Below, one piece after another: positions 45,554 to 56,006 of a stretch of 64,000 bases of DNA. Location: contig MFNK01000009.1 of assembly GCA_001782045.1 (NCBI GenBank), positions 7,516 to 71,515 of the forward strand, in the 5' to 3' direction. This DNA comes from Candidatus Levybacteria bacterium RIFCSPHIGHO2_01_FULL_36_15b. GTDB taxonomy: Bacteria > Patescibacteriota > Microgenomatia > Levybacterales > UBA12049. The notes below the pieces were generated by a model that saw nothing but the letters and a program-made list of their open reading frames with translations, did not search any database and was not told the origin of the DNA. The translations under genes and the position numbers were made by a program. Position 1 is the stretch's first letter. Each line of letters starts with the position of its first letter.

Positions 45554-48500
45554 TAATAACTCTAAGAAAAATAAAGACATAACAATTTTGGACTTTAAAG
45601 CATTAAAACTTCTTTTGGCGAGTAAAGAAGATATTATGAATTGGTCTTACGGCGAAGTTACAAAGCCTGAAACCATAAATTATAGAACTTTAAGGCCAGA
45701 AAAAGACGGACTTTTTGATGAAAGAATTTTCGGACCCACAAAAGATTGGGAATGTTACTGCGGAAAATATAAAAGAATAAGAAACAGAGGCATAATTTGC
45801 GATAAATGCGGAGTTGAAGTAACTCTATCCAGAGTAAGAAGAGAGAGAATGGGTCATATTAATCTTGCATCTCCTGTTTCACATGTATGGTTTTTCAAGG
45901 GTTCAAGTTCTCCGCTTTCTCTAATGCTTGATATGTCTCAAAAGAGCCTGGAAGGCGTTATTTATTATGCGTCTTATCTTGTGACAGATTTGGATGACGA
46001 AAAAAAGAAAGAAGCGCTTTCAACTCTTTCTAAGGTTATTGAAAAAAGAAAGGAAGAATTAAGACGCGAAATTCTTACTGAAGAAAAAACAATTGGAAAG
46101 GAAATTGAAGGTAAAAAGAAAGAAGCGGTAACGACTAAAGTTAAAGGCGAGCAAAAAGACTTGATAAAAGAAGAATTAGAGTTAAATAAAAGACAAAAAA
46201 TAGCAAGACTTACCGAGCGAGCAGATGCAGAAGCTAAAAAATTAGATGAAATAGAAGATGCGCTTTCTAAACTTCTAAAAAGTCTTAAAGTGGGAAGCGT
46301 TTTATCGGAAGATGAGTATTATAAAATTTTAGAATACGATATACCAATTTTCTTCACTATTAAAACCGGGGCAGAGGGATTAATGGAATTAATTGAAAAA
46401 ATTGGAATCGCCAACCTTATTTTGGATCTTCGAGAAGAAACAGCTAAAGCTAAAGGACAAAAATACTTCAAATTGATTAAAAGACTGCGTCTTTTAGAGG
46501 CAATGCGAAAAGCAGGAGTTGAGCCTAAATCAATGATACTTACAACGCTACCTGTTATTCCCCCGGATTTGCGACCCATGGTTCAGCTTGCTGGAGGAAG
46601 ATTTGCAACATCCGACTTAAACGATTTATACAGAAGAGTAATTAACAGAAATAATAGATTAAGACATTTGATGGCACTTGGTGCACCTGAAATAATTTTA
46701 AGAAACGAAAAAAGGATGCTTCAGGAATCTGTAGATTCTTTAATTGATGCTTCTCAGCGTACAACCCAGGTTGTCGCATCGCCTCTTCGATCTCTTTCAG
46801 ATATGTTAAGAGGAAAACAAGGAAGATTTAGGCAGAATTTACTCGGAAAAAGAGTTGATTATTCCGGCCGAAGCGTAATAGTAGTAGGTCCAGAACTTAA
46901 GCTTTCAGAGTGCGGATTGCCAAAGGAAATGGCACTTGAAATGTTTAAGCCATTTGTGTTGCGTGAAGTTATTGTAAGAGGATATGCCCCAAACATAAAA
47001 AGCGCAAAAAGATTTATAGAAAAAAGAAGTCCTGAAATATTTGATATTTTGGAAGAAATTACAAAAAATCATCCGGTTTTACTAAATCGTGCTCCAACGC
47101 TCCATAAGTTGGGAATTCAGGCATTTTATCCTGTTCTTATTGAAGGAAGCGCAATATCGCTGCATCCTTGCGTTTGTAGCGGATATAATGCTGATTTTGA
47201 CGGTGATCAAATGGCAGTTCATATTCCTCTTTCAGTAAAAGCACAGGAAGAAGCGGCAACTCTTATGATGCCAAAGCACAATTTGCTAAAGCCGGCAGAC
47301 GGAAGCCCTATTACTTTGCCAAATAAAGAAATGGCAGTTGGAATTTTCTATCTTACTTCAATAGACGAGTCTTTAAGAGCTGAGGTATTGCAGGGTTTTC
47401 ACAATATAAATGAAGTTATGCTTGCAATTTCAATGAGAAAAATAAAAATACGACAGCCAATTTTAGTAAAAATTGATAATGAAGTTGTCGAAACCTCTGC
47501 GGGAAGAGTAATGCTTAGCGAAAGACTTCCAAAAGAAATAGGATTTATAAACGAACAGGTTAAAGCTTCAGGCATAAAAGCTATTATTACTAAAGCCATT
47601 AAAAGCCTATCTCCCGAAGAAGTAGAAGCTTTAATTGATAATATTAAAGCCTTAGGATTTTATGGTGCAACAATTTCCGGAATCTCCGTTTCCGTATTTG
47701 ATAACGAAATGGTAGAAGAAAAAGACAAATTAATAGCTGAAGCAGAGAAAAAGGTAAGCGGCGTTGAAGATGATTATCAAGCAGGTCTTATTACTAATGA
47801 TGAGAAGAAAAGACTTTCAAATGAAATTTGGATTGAAACAACAGAAAAAATTGCAACTTTAACATGGAATAACTTAAAAATAGGAAACGTTATAAGAACC
47901 ATTATAGATTCTGAAGGAGCAAGAGCGGGTAAGGAGCAATTAAAACAGTTGTCCGCTATGAGAGGACTTATTCTTGATCCATTAGGTAAAATAGTTGAGC
48001 TCCCAATTAAAGGAAACTTTAGACAAGGGTTGTCTATTTATGAATATGTCGCATCAGCAAGAGGTAGCCGAAAAGGGTTAACAGATTCTGCTTTAAAAAC
48101 AGCAAACGCAGGATATTTGACCCGAAGATTGGTAGATGTATCTCACGATGTAATAGTACGCGGAGAAGACTGCGCAACAACAGAGGGAATTCTGATTGTT
48201 CAAAATGAGCCTGGTAGAACAGCTGAGTTTGCCGATAGAATTCTTGGAAGATTTGCGGCAGAAAAAGTTACTTCCAAAAAAAGCAGAAAAGAATTAATTA
48301 AAGCACATGAACTGGTTACAGAAGAAAAAGTCAAATTGTTATTGTCAGAAGGAATAGAAGAACTTTTAGTGCGTAGTGCAATTACTTGTAAACTTGAATA
48401 TGGAGTATGCGCAACCTGTTACGGTTGGGACTTTTCTACAAAAGCAAAAGTAGAGCTTGGAGTACCGGTAGGAGTTATAGCTGCGCAATCAATTGGAGAA

Positions 48501-49265
48501 CCGGGAACGCAGCTTACAATGCGTACAAGATACGTAGCTGGAGCAATAATGCAGGATGTTACCCAAGGTCTCCCAAGAGTAGAAGAGCTTTTTGAAATGA
48601 GAACTCCAAAAAGTCTTTCTCCCATTGCCGAAATAACAGGAAAAGTGTCAGTTGAGGCCGGCGAGGATGGATACATAGTAAAAGTTAGAAGCGCAAAAGC
48701 GAAACCTGCAGAAGAAAAAGAGTATTTTATTCCACTTGCTTCTACTTTAACAGTTGAAAATGGACAAGAATTACTTGCCGGTACACAGCTTGCCCAGGGA
48801 TATCTGGATCCAAAGGAAGTAATAAAAATTAAGGGTTTAGTAGATGCTCAAAGGTACATAATAACTGAAGCTCAAAAAGTTTATGAGAGTCAGGGAATTG
48901 GAATAAATGATAAACATTTTGAGGTAATACTTCGAAAAATGTCGGACAAAGTAATAATTGAAACCGTTGGGGATACATCTTTAATTCCGGGCGACTTTAT
49001 TACAAAAACAAGATTTGAGCAAATAAATGCAGAGGTTTTATCACAAGGAGGAGAACCAGCTACCGCACGGCAAACCATTCTTGGGATTACAAAGTCGTCT
49101 CTTTTCTCAGATTCTTGGCTTTCAGCTTCTTCATTCCAGGAAACTACAAAAGTATTAACAGAAGCAGCGCTCGAAGGTTCCGAGGACAAATTGGTTGGAC
49201 TTAAGGAAAACGTAATTATAGGAAGACTAATTCCCGTTGAAGGAACTATCCCAGATACGGTATAA
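45546..49265 (+). CDS. rpoC: DNA-directed RNA polymerase subunit beta'
   Basis: Zn-finger CYCGKYKRIRNRGIICDKCGVEV, catalytic NADFDGDQMAVH. 1239 aa. Confidence 0.95.
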   Translation: MNNNNSKKNKDITILDFKALKLLLASKEDIMNWSYGEVTKPETINYRTLRPEKDGLFDERIFGPTKDWECYCGKYKRIRNRGIICDKCGVEVTLSRVRRERMGHINLASPVSHVWFFKGSSSPLSLMLDMSQKSLEGVIYYASYLVTDLDDEKKKEALSTLSKVIEKRKEELRREILTEEKTIGKEIEGKKKEAVTTKVKGEQKDLIKEELELNKRQKIARLTERADAEAKKLDEIEDALSKLLKSLKVGSVLSEDEYYKILEYDIPIFFTIKTGAEGLMELIEKIGIANLILDLREETAKAKGQKYFKLIKRLRLLEAMRKAGVEPKSMILTTLPVIPPDLRPMVQLAGGRFATSDLNDLYRRVINRNNRLRHLMALGAPEIILRNEKRMLQESVDSLIDASQRTTQVVASPLRSLSDMLRGKQGRFRQNLLGKRVDYSGRSVIVVGPELKLSECGLPKEMALEMFKPFVLREVIVRGYAPNIKSAKRFIEKRSPEIFDILEEITKNHPVLLNRAPTLHKLGIQAFYPVLIEGSAISLHPCVCSGYNADFDGDQMAVHIPLSVKAQEEAATLMMPKHNLLKPADGSPITLPNKEMAVGIFYLTSIDESLRAEVLQGFHNINEVMLAISMRKIKIRQPILVKIDNEVVETSAGRVMLSERLPKEIGFINEQVKASGIKAIITKAIKSLSPEEVEALIDNIKALGFYGATISGISVSVFDNEMVEEKDKLIAEAEKKVSGVEDDYQAGLITNDEKKRLSNEIWIETTEKIATLTWNNLKIGNVIRTIIDSEGARAGKEQLKQLSAMRGLILDPLGKIVELPIKGNFRQGLSIYEYVASARGSRKGLTDSALKTANAGYLTRRLVDVSHDVIVRGEDCATTEGILIVQNEPGRTAEFADRILGRFAAEKVTSKKSRKELIKAHELVTEEKVKLLLSEGIEELLVRSAITCKLEYGVCATCYGWDFSTKAKVELGVPVGVIAAQSIGEPGTQLTMRTRYVAGAIMQDVTQGLPRVEELFEMRTPKSLSPIAEITGKVSVEAGEDGYIVKVRSAKAKPAEEKEYFIPLASTLTVENGQELLAGTQLAQGYLDPKEVIKIKGLVDAQRYIITEAQKVYESQGIGINDKHFEVILRKMSDKVIIETVGDTSLIPGDFITKTRFEQINAEVLSQGGEPATARQTILGITKSSLFSDSWLSASSFQETTKVLTEAALEGSEDKLVGLKENVIIGRLIPVEGTIPDTV

Positions 49266-49275
49266 TACTTAACCT

Positions 49276-49758
49276 ATGCCTACACTTAGTCAGTTATCTA
49301 AAAGAGGAAGACATAAGAAGATTAAAAAGACAAAATCCGCTGCATTGAGGCGAATTTTTAACGCTAAAGAAAGGCGTTATAAAGATATTGAAGGACCTCA
49401 AAAACGCGGTGTTGTAACTTTAGTTAAAACTATGACTCCAAGAAAGCCTAATTCTGCGCTTAGAAAGGTAGCAAGAGTAAAACTTTCAAATCGCATGGAG
49501 GTAACAGCATATATTCAAGGCGTTGGCCACACTCTTTCGGAACACGGAATAGTCTTGGTAAGAGGCGGAAGGGTAAAAGATTTACCGGGTGTAAGATACC
49601 ATATAGTTAGAGGTAAGTTTGATTTAGCAGGAGTTGAAGGAAGAAAATCCAGTAGAAGCAAATACGGAGCAAAAAGAGGCGGAGGCCCGGTAAGAGTTGC
49701 AGGAACTCCAACGCCCACAGCTGAAGCACCGGCACCAGAAGCAGCACCTGCTGCATAA
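49276..49758 (+). CDS. rpsL: 30S ribosomal protein S12 with ~25-aa Ala/Pro-rich C-terminal extension
   Basis: S12 core ([27 protein letters not shown]) followed by [26 protein letters not shown]. Confidence 0.9.
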   Translation: MPTLSQLSKRGRHKKIKKTKSAALRRIFNAKERRYKDIEGPQKRGVVTLVKTMTPRKPNSALRKVARVKLSNRMEVTAYIQGVGHTLSEHGIVLVRGGRVKDLPGVRYHIVRGKFDLAGVEGRKSSRSKYGAKRGGGPVRVAGTPTPTAEAPAPEAAPAA

Positions 49759-49763
49759 AATTT

Positions 49764-50237
49764 ATGAGACACAAAAAAATAGACAAAAGACAAGTAGATA
49801 AAGACTTAACATACGGAAACGCATTGGTTACTAAATTTATAAACCGCATAATGCGCGATGGTAAAAAATCTCCTGCAGAAAAATCTTTTTATGGCGCGAT
49901 GGATATTATAAAGGAAAAAGGTCATGATCCTTTGGTTTTGTTTGAAACAGCCCTCCAAAATGTCGGACCGAGAGTAGAGGTAAAATCCAGACGCGTGGGA
50001 GGCGCAAATTATCAGGTTCCCTTGGAAGTAAGAGGAGACAGAAAAAACGCCTTAGCAATAAGGTGGATTGTAGAAGCAGCAAGGGCAAGAGCAAATACGG
50101 AATTCCATACTTTTGCAGAAAAGCTTGCCCAAGAACTTTTAGAAGCTTCTAAAAACGAAGGAGCCGCAGTTAAAAAACGCGATACAGTTCACAGAATGGC
50201 CGAAGCAAACCGCGCTTTTTCCCACTTTAGGTTCTAA
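49764..50237 (+). CDS. rpsG: 30S ribosomal protein S7
   Basis: 157 aa; S7 conserved blocks. Confidence 0.9.
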   Translation: MRHKKIDKRQVDKDLTYGNALVTKFINRIMRDGKKSPAEKSFYGAMDIIKEKGHDPLVLFETALQNVGPRVEVKSRRVGGANYQVPLEVRGDRKNALAIRWIVEAARARANTEFHTFAEKLAQELLEASKNEGAAVKKRDTVHRMAEANRAFSHFRF

Positions 50238-50276
50238 ATTTTTGTTGAATGAGATAAAATAAAAGTAGGGATTATT

Positions 50277-52376
50277 ATGGCTGAAGATAGATTAAAAACA
50301 TTAGATAAGGTAAGAAATATTGGCATTATTGCCCATATTGACGCGGGAAAAACAACAACCACAGAAAGAATTCTTTTTTACACCGGAAAAACCTACAAAA
50401 TTGGAGATATCGACGAGGGAAATACCCAAATGGACTGGATGGAACAGGAAAAAGAAAGAGGAATTACCATAGTTTCCGCTGCAACAACAGCTTTTTGGAA
50501 AGATTACAGAATAAATATTATTGATACTCCCGGACACGTTGATTTTACTGCAGAAGTAGAGAGATCTTTAAGGGTTTTGGATGGCGGAATTACAGTTTTG
50601 GATGCAGAAGAAGGAGTTCAATCCCAATCAGAAACCGTTTGGAGACAGGCTGATAAGTATAAAGTGCCAAGGCTATGTTTTGTGAATAAAATGGATAAAT
50701 TAGGAGCCGATTTTTTAGCAACTATAAAATCGATTGAAGACAGACTTGGTGCTAACCCGCTTATTATGGTTTTGCCAATTGGGGTTGAAAGTAGTTTTAC
50801 AGGAATAGTCCATTTGATGGAACAAAAAGCATACATTTGGAAAAATGACAACCTCGGCGCGGAATTTGAAGTTACAGATGTGCCGGAAGATATGAAGGCT
50901 CAGGTGCAAGAATATAGGCACAAATTAGTTGAAAAAATTGCAGAAACCGATGATGCTCTAACTGATAAATATTTGCACGGACAGGAAATTTCAGACGATG
51001 AATTAAAAGCGGCTTTGCGGCGTGCAGTTATTGCTTATAAATTAGTTCCGATATTTGCAGGAAGTTCGCTGCGTAACAAAGGCGTCCAGCCATTACTTGA
51101 TGCAGTTGTAGATTATCTGCCTTCTCCTTTGGATGTTGGAGAAATTATCGGAATTAATCCCAAAACTGGTGAGGAAGTAAAAAGAACTCCTCAAGCAGAC
51201 CAGCCTTTAGCAGGTCTTGCCTTTAAAATTCAAATTGACCCACACGTCGGAAAACTTACTTATTTTAGAGTTTATAGCGGCAAAGTAGCTGCCGGTTCCT
51301 ATATTTATAACAGTTCCAAAAATGAAAATGAAAGAATTGGAAGAATTTTATTAATGCATGCAAATCACAGAGAAGAAATTAAAGAAGCATATGCAGGAGA
51401 AATTGTTGCATTAGTTGGGCTTAAGGATACTATTACCGGAGACACTTTATCAGATGAAAAAGAACCAATAGTTCTGGAAAAAATTTCCTTCCCCGAGCCT
51501 GTTATATCACTTGCAATTGAGCCAAAAACAAAAGCAGATCAGGAAAAATTAGGCCTTGCTCTAAAAAGATTGTCAGAGGAAGATCCGACTTTTTCAATTA
51601 AAACAAATCATGAAACAGGGCAGACTATAATTTCCGGAATGGGAGAGCTGCAGCTTGAAGTTATGGTAGACAGAATGAAGCGGGAATTCGGAGTTTTGGC
51701 AAATGTCGGAGCGCCCCAAGTAGCATATAAAGAAACAATAAAGCAAACTGCAGAGGGAGAAGGAAAGTATATAAGGCAATCCGGAGGAAGAGGACAATAC
51801 GGCCATTGTTTCTTACGGGTTGAACCAAAACCAAGAGGCGAAGGGTACGAGTTTATAAATGCAATAAAAGGAGGAGCAATTCCTTCTGAATTTATAATTT
51901 CAATCCAAAAAGGTGTAAAAGAAACTATGGAAAACGGAATTTTGTTAGGATATCCGCTTGTTGATATGAATGTAACTGTTTATGATGGAAGTTTCCACGA
52001 GGTAGATTCATCCGACGTCGCATTTAAAATTGCAGCTTCACAAGCACTTCAAGCTGCTACACGAAAAGCACAGCTTTCGCTTTTAGAGCCTATTATGAAG
52101 GTTGAAGTAACAACGCCGAGCGAGTTTATGGGAGATGTAATTGGAGATTTGTCATCTAAAAGAGGTCAAATATTAGGAACAGAAGAAAAGGGAAAAGCGA
52201 CAATTATTAACGCTATGGTACCGCTCGCCGAGCTTTCAAAATATGAAACGACTCTTCGATCTATGTCTCAGGGAAGAGCCCACTCATATCTTGAGCCAAG
52301 CCATTACGAAGAAGTACCCAAAAATATAGTTGAAGCAATGCTTGCCAAATCCACATTCACCGGAAGAGTTGAATAG
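50277..52376 (+). CDS. fusA: elongation factor G
   Basis: G domain [20 protein letters not shown]; domains II-V. 699 aa. Confidence 0.95.
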   Translation: MAEDRLKTLDKVRNIGIIAHIDAGKTTTTERILFYTGKTYKIGDIDEGNTQMDWMEQEKERGITIVSAATTAFWKDYRINIIDTPGHVDFTAEVERSLRVLDGGITVLDAEEGVQSQSETVWRQADKYKVPRLCFVNKMDKLGADFLATIKSIEDRLGANPLIMVLPIGVESSFTGIVHLMEQKAYIWKNDNLGAEFEVTDVPEDMKAQVQEYRHKLVEKIAETDDALTDKYLHGQEISDDELKAALRRAVIAYKLVPIFAGSSLRNKGVQPLLDAVVDYLPSPLDVGEIIGINPKTGEEVKRTPQADQPLAGLAFKIQIDPHVGKLTYFRVYSGKVAAGSYIYNSSKNENERIGRILLMHANHREEIKEAYAGEIVALVGLKDTITGDTLSDEKEPIVLEKISFPEPVISLAIEPKTKADQEKLGLALKRLSEEDPTFSIKTNHETGQTIISGMGELQLEVMVDRMKREFGVLANVGAPQVAYKETIKQTAEGEGKYIRQSGGRGQYGHCFLRVEPKPRGEGYEFINAIKGGAIPSEFIISIQKGVKETMENGILLGYPLVDMNVTVYDGSFHEVDSSDVAFKIAASQALQAATRKAQLSLLEPIMKVEVTTPSEFMGDVIGDLSSKRGQILGTEEKGKATIINAMVPLAELSKYETTLRSMSQGRAHSYLEPSHYEEVPKNIVEAMLAKSTFTGRVE

Positions 52377-53160
52377 GTAAAGAGGGATAATTTCCGCGTC
52401 TCCAAAAACTGCTCGTAAAGTATTTTTTAAGTTTATCCAGGACAGGATTAGAATGAGAAGGTTCTTCTTCAATCGTAAGTTGAGTAAAACTTGATGGTCG
52501 AATCCACGGCCAAATTTGAATTTGACCTTCTCTTTGTGCAATAACTGTTTCCTCTGGTGTCATTCCTTGTGCTTGCCATACTAATCTTTCCAGTTGAGGA
52601 TGCCAACTTTCCCATAAAATTTGATCTTTTGTTTTTTCTTTTAGATCTTGTTCACCACCATTTATTAGCATTTTATTATGTCTCGTAAGATAACTTGAGA
52701 GTTTTAATTCTTTTTCAGCAAGAGGTAGGCTGTTCCATCCATCTAATGCGGCCTTTTTAACCCAAGAACCATTTATTTGTCCATCCTGTTCTTCTTGTTT
52801 AGCTATCTCTTCGCTTAGCATTCTATTTCTAATTTTCTGTTTGCCGTGTTTCAATTGTAGACTGCTCGATTTTACCTCACCTTCAGCTTCGCTTAAAGGA
52901 AAGCCTTCAACGAACTTTATTATAAAATCACTACCTTTTGCATATCGTTCTTTCAGAATTACTTCTGCAACAATATCTGTTTGGGATGCTATTATCTTTT
53001 GTGTTCTTATTTCTGTTATATCTCCTCTTTCGTTCCAGAGATCATGAAGAAAAGCTCCATTATCTTTTTGCTGTTCTTTAATTTTTCTTCTCGTGAGACG
53101 CACAGGGATCTCAAAATGAGGCGCGGATATTTGATCTAATTCGGATGGTGCAATTCCCAT
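52357..53160 (-). CDS. hypothetical protein (Q/E/W/R-rich), antisense-oriented insertion between fusA and tuf
   Basis: 267 aa, no recognised domain. 3' end overlaps the fusA stop by 20 nt (convergent). Confidence 0.45.
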   Translation of the reverse strand: MGIAPSELDQISAPHFEIPVRLTRRKIKEQQKDNGAFLHDLWNERGDITEIRTQKIIASQTDIVAEVILKERYAKGSDFIIKFVEGFPLSEAEGEVKSSSLQLKHGKQKIRNRMLSEEIAKQEEQDGQINGSWVKKAALDGWNSLPLAEKELKLSSYLTRHNKMLINGGEQDLKEKTKDQILWESWHPQLERLVWQAQGMTPEETVIAQREGQIQIWPWIRPSSFTQLTIEEEPSHSNPVLDKLKKYFTSSFWRRGNYPSLPIQLFR

Positions 53161-53206
53161 CTGATTTAATTGTGGTAGTTCAAAAAATATTTGTCAAGAA
53201 GATTAT

Positions 53207-53785
53207 TTGTTTTGGTATACTAAATATGTGGTAAAAATAAAATCCTTCAGGTATAAAAATCTTCTTGGGGCTTTTTTGGGAATTCTTATCGCGCTTCTTC
53301 TGTCTCGCTTTGAGCCTTTTCACTTATTTCTTCTAAACTTACATGAATTAGGTTACTTAGGTGCCTTTATTGCCGGAGCGCTTTTTGTTTCTACTTTCAC
53401 GGTTGCAACAGGGGCTGTAATACTTCTTGTTTTAGCTGAAAGTCTTTCGCCCGTAGAGTTGGCCCTAATAGGTGGTTTAGGCTCGGTTCTTGGAGATTTT
53501 TTTATTTTCAAGTTTATCAAAAACTCGCTCTCGATTGAAATTACTGAAATTTATAATCACTTTGGGGGTAACCATCTTTCAAAAATCCTACACACAAAAT
53601 ATTTTAGTTGGACTTTGCCGGTAATTGGCGCGATTATTATCGCTTCTCCATTTCCCGATGAATTAGGAGTAAGTTTACTAGGGATATCCAGAATGAAGAC
53701 GTATCAATTCTTAATTCTCGCATTTATTTTAGATTTTTTAGGCATATTTCTCATAGTAAGTGCGTCAGCTTTAATAAAACCTTAA
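53207..53785 (+). CDS. hypothetical polytopic membrane protein
   Basis: ~192 aa, 5-6 TM helices. Start ambiguous (TTG 53207 or GTG 53228). Confidence 0.4.
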   Translation: MFWYTKYVVKIKSFRYKNLLGAFLGILIALLLSRFEPFHLFLLNLHELGYLGAFIAGALFVSTFTVATGAVILLVLAESLSPVELALIGGLGSVLGDFFIFKFIKNSLSIEITEIYNHFGGNHLSKILHTKYFSWTLPVIGAIIIASPFPDELGVSLLGISRMKTYQFLILAFILDFLGIFLIVSASALIKP

Positions 53786-53858
53786 ATTCCTACTTGACGA
53801 AAGCTTGTAAGTAATGTATATTTAATTCAACCTTGGAACAGGTATTTTTTTTGCTCAT

Positions 53859-55040
53859 ATGGCAGATAAATTCGAGAGAACAAAACCACATGTAAATATA
53901 GGAACCATCGGTCACGTAGACCATGGTAAGACAACGCTAACCGCAGCTATTGCAACAGTACTGTCTAAAAGCGGTAAGGCAACAGCAAAAAAGTACGAAG
54001 ATATTGATAACGCTCCGGAAGAAAAAGCAAGAGGAGTCACAATTAATATTTCCCATATTGAATACGAAACAGACAAAAGACACTATGCACACATTGACGC
54101 ACCAGGACATGCAGATTACATTAAGAACATGATCACAGGAGCTGCCCAAATGGACGGCTCAATCTTAGTTGTTTCTGCCCCGGACGGCCCCATGCCACAA
54201 ACAAGAGAACACATACTCCTCGCTCGACAAGTAGGAGTTCCTGCAATTGTCGTTTTCTTAAACAAAACAGATATGGTTCAGGATGCAGAACTTTTGGACT
54301 TGGTAGAAATGGAAGTAAGAGAACTCTTAACCAAATATCAATATCCTGGCAATGACGTGCCTATTATTCGTGGGTCAGCGCTTAAAGCTTTGGAAGGCGA
54401 CGCAGAAGCAGAAAAGCAAATACTGGCCTTAATGGATGCAGTTGATACTTATATTCCAACTCCAACAAGAGATTTAGACAAACCATTCCTTATGCCTGTT
54501 GAAGACGTCTTCTCTATTAAAGGAAGAGGAACAGTTGTTACGGGAAGAGTTGAAAGAGGAAAGGTCAAAGTTAACGAGCCGGTTGAAATAGTCGGAATTA
54601 AAGCTACAAAACAGTCTGTTGTAACCGGAGTAGAAATGTTTAGAAAAATGCTTGATGAAGGACAGGCAGGAGATAATGTTGGACTGCTCTTGCGAGGTGT
54701 TGAAAAAGCAGACGTTGAAAGAGGACAGGTTATTGCAAAGCCAGGCTCGATTACGCCTCACAAAGAATTTGAAGCAGAAGCATATATTCTTACAAAAGAA
54801 GAAGGCGGACGACATACACCGTTCTTTACAGGATACAGACCTCAGTTCTTTATTAGAACAACTGACGTAACAGGAGAAGCAGCGCTGCCAAGCGGTGTAG
54901 AAATGGTTATGCCAGGGGATAATACAAAAATGACAGTAAAACTTATTGCACCAGTTGCAATGGAAGAGGGACTCAGATTCGCAATAAGAGAAGGCGGAAA
55001 AACAGTTGGAGCAGGAGTAATCTCCAAAATAATCTCTTAA
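53859..55040 (+). CDS. tuf: elongation factor Tu
   Basis: [22 protein letters not shown]. 393 aa. Confidence 0.95.
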   Translation: MADKFERTKPHVNIGTIGHVDHGKTTLTAAIATVLSKSGKATAKKYEDIDNAPEEKARGVTINISHIEYETDKRHYAHIDAPGHADYIKNMITGAAQMDGSILVVSAPDGPMPQTREHILLARQVGVPAIVVFLNKTDMVQDAELLDLVEMEVRELLTKYQYPGNDVPIIRGSALKALEGDAEAEKQILALMDAVDTYIPTPTRDLDKPFLMPVEDVFSIKGRGTVVTGRVERGKVKVNEPVEIVGIKATKQSVVTGVEMFRKMLDEGQAGDNVGLLLRGVEKADVERGQVIAKPGSITPHKEFEAEAYILTKEEGGRHTPFFTGYRPQFFIRTTDVTGEAALPSGVEMVMPGDNTKMTVKLIAPVAMEEGLRFAIREGGKTVGAGVISKIIS

Positions 55041-55053
55041 TCCAAAAGTCTGC

Positions 55054-55071
55054 CCTGCCTGCGCAGGCAGG
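55054..55071 (+). repeat. 18-bp perfect GC-rich palindrome CCTGCCTGCGCAGGCAGG just downstream of tuf (terminator-like but without a clean U-tract)
   Basis: Arms 55054-55062 and 55063-55071. Strongly GC-rich in an AT-rich genome. Confidence 0.5.
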
Positions 55072-55101
55072 CTCATTTAGCTCTTTGATTTAAATACACA
55101 T

Positions 55102-55410
55102 ATGCCAAAAGGAAGAATTAGAGTAAAACTCAAAAGTTACGACGCGAGAGTAATAGACTCTACATGTCAGCAAATTTTAGACACGGCAATTAGAACCGGG
55201 GCTAAAGTTGTTGGGCCAATTCCACTTCCCAGCAAAAGATCGGTATATGCGGTAAATAAATCAACTTTTATAGACAAAAACGCACGAGACCACTTTCAAA
55301 TAAAAATCCACAAAAGACTCATAGATATAATCTCACCCACAGAAAAAACAATTGACAGTCTTACGCATTTAGAATTACCTGCTGGAGTGAATATTGAGAT
55401 AAGGATGTAG
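55102..55410 (+). CDS. rpsJ: 30S ribosomal protein S10
   Basis: 102 aa. S10 signature (RIRVKLKSYD..LD.S...I..TA...GAKVVGPIPLP). Confidence 0.9.
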   Translation: MPKGRIRVKLKSYDARVIDSTCQQILDTAIRTGAKVVGPIPLPSKRSVYAVNKSTFIDKNARDHFQIKIHKRLIDIISPTEKTIDSLTHLELPAGVNIEIRM

Positions 55411-55422
55411 TATAATTCGTTT

Positions 55423-55830
55423 ATGGATACACCAGCAAATCCAAATCAACCTCCACAAGATCCCTTTAACTTAGCCCGACAGATATCTACTGATCCCGCA
55501 GTTCCAGACGAGCAGAAATTGGAAATGTTAACGGAAATTGGCAGAGGTGTTGGCGTTGATGTAGATAGAATAAATAGATTGCAACGTGTTCCAATTATAC
55601 AACGTGCGGAAATAATAGCAGGACATATTGCTCGACATGGAGAAACTGTTAGGCAGATTACCGATTTTCAAACGGAAGCAAAAAGTCAATTACGCGAAGC
55701 AGATTCACAGCTGGCTAAATCGACGGCGGAAATAGCAGCTAGACTGGATGAGCTAAGAAGATTCCATGAGCCAAGAATAGCAGAAGCAGACATAGCCGTA
55801 CGCCGTCCCAAAAACACCCCTGAAAAATAA
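55423..55830 (+). CDS. hypothetical protein (alpha-helical; Pro-rich N-terminus PANPNQPPQDP), inserted directly after rpsJ
   Basis: 135 aa. Higher GC and R/Q/D-rich composition unlike neighbours. Preceded by tagTATAAT. Confidence 0.45.
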   Translation: MDTPANPNQPPQDPFNLARQISTDPAVPDEQKLEMLTEIGRGVGVDVDRINRLQRVPIIQRAEIIAGHIARHGETVRQITDFQTEAKSQLREADSQLAKSTAEIAARLDELRRFHEPRIAEADIAVRRPKNTPEK

Positions 55831-55863
55831 CCTGCAGGCGTAAACATCGAAATCAGGATGTAG
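55831..55863 (+). pseudogene. orphan duplicate of the rpsJ 3' end (10 codons + stop, PAGVNIEIRM*), synonymously recoded
   Basis: cct gca ggc gta aac atc gaa atc agg atg tag versus the rpsJ end cct gct gga gtg aat att gag ata agg atg tag (55378-55410). Seven differences, all third-position synonymous. Identical aggatgtag core. Confidence 0.6.
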
Positions 55864-55865
55864 AA

Positions 55866-55893
55866 TTGACTTGTATCTCTTTAATGCTATAAT
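55866..55893 (+). promoter_or_regulatory. candidate sigma-70 promoter TTGACT-N16-TATAAT
   Basis: -35 at 55866-55871, -10 at 55888-55893, upstream of the second inserted ORF. Confidence 0.45.
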
Positions 55894-56006
55894 TTCTATA
55901 TGGAACCTGTTGATAGTCAAGAAATCGCTGCTAATTCTCTAGAGCAAAGCATTATTCTCCAGACCACGTTTTTAAAAGAGAAGAGCTTCAGAACGAATCA
56001 GAAAGC

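Noticed and set aside
52496-52505. tRNA T-loop-like GGTCGAATCC
   Set aside because: Flanking sequence cannot form a T-stem or acceptor stem on either strand. It lies inside a coding ORF. No tRNA genes were found anywhere in the window.
54474-55076. 200-aa minus-strand ORF with many Cys
   Set aside because: Completely antisense to tuf, the most conserved gene here. Its Cys/Phe/Asn-rich composition is a reverse-frame artefact.
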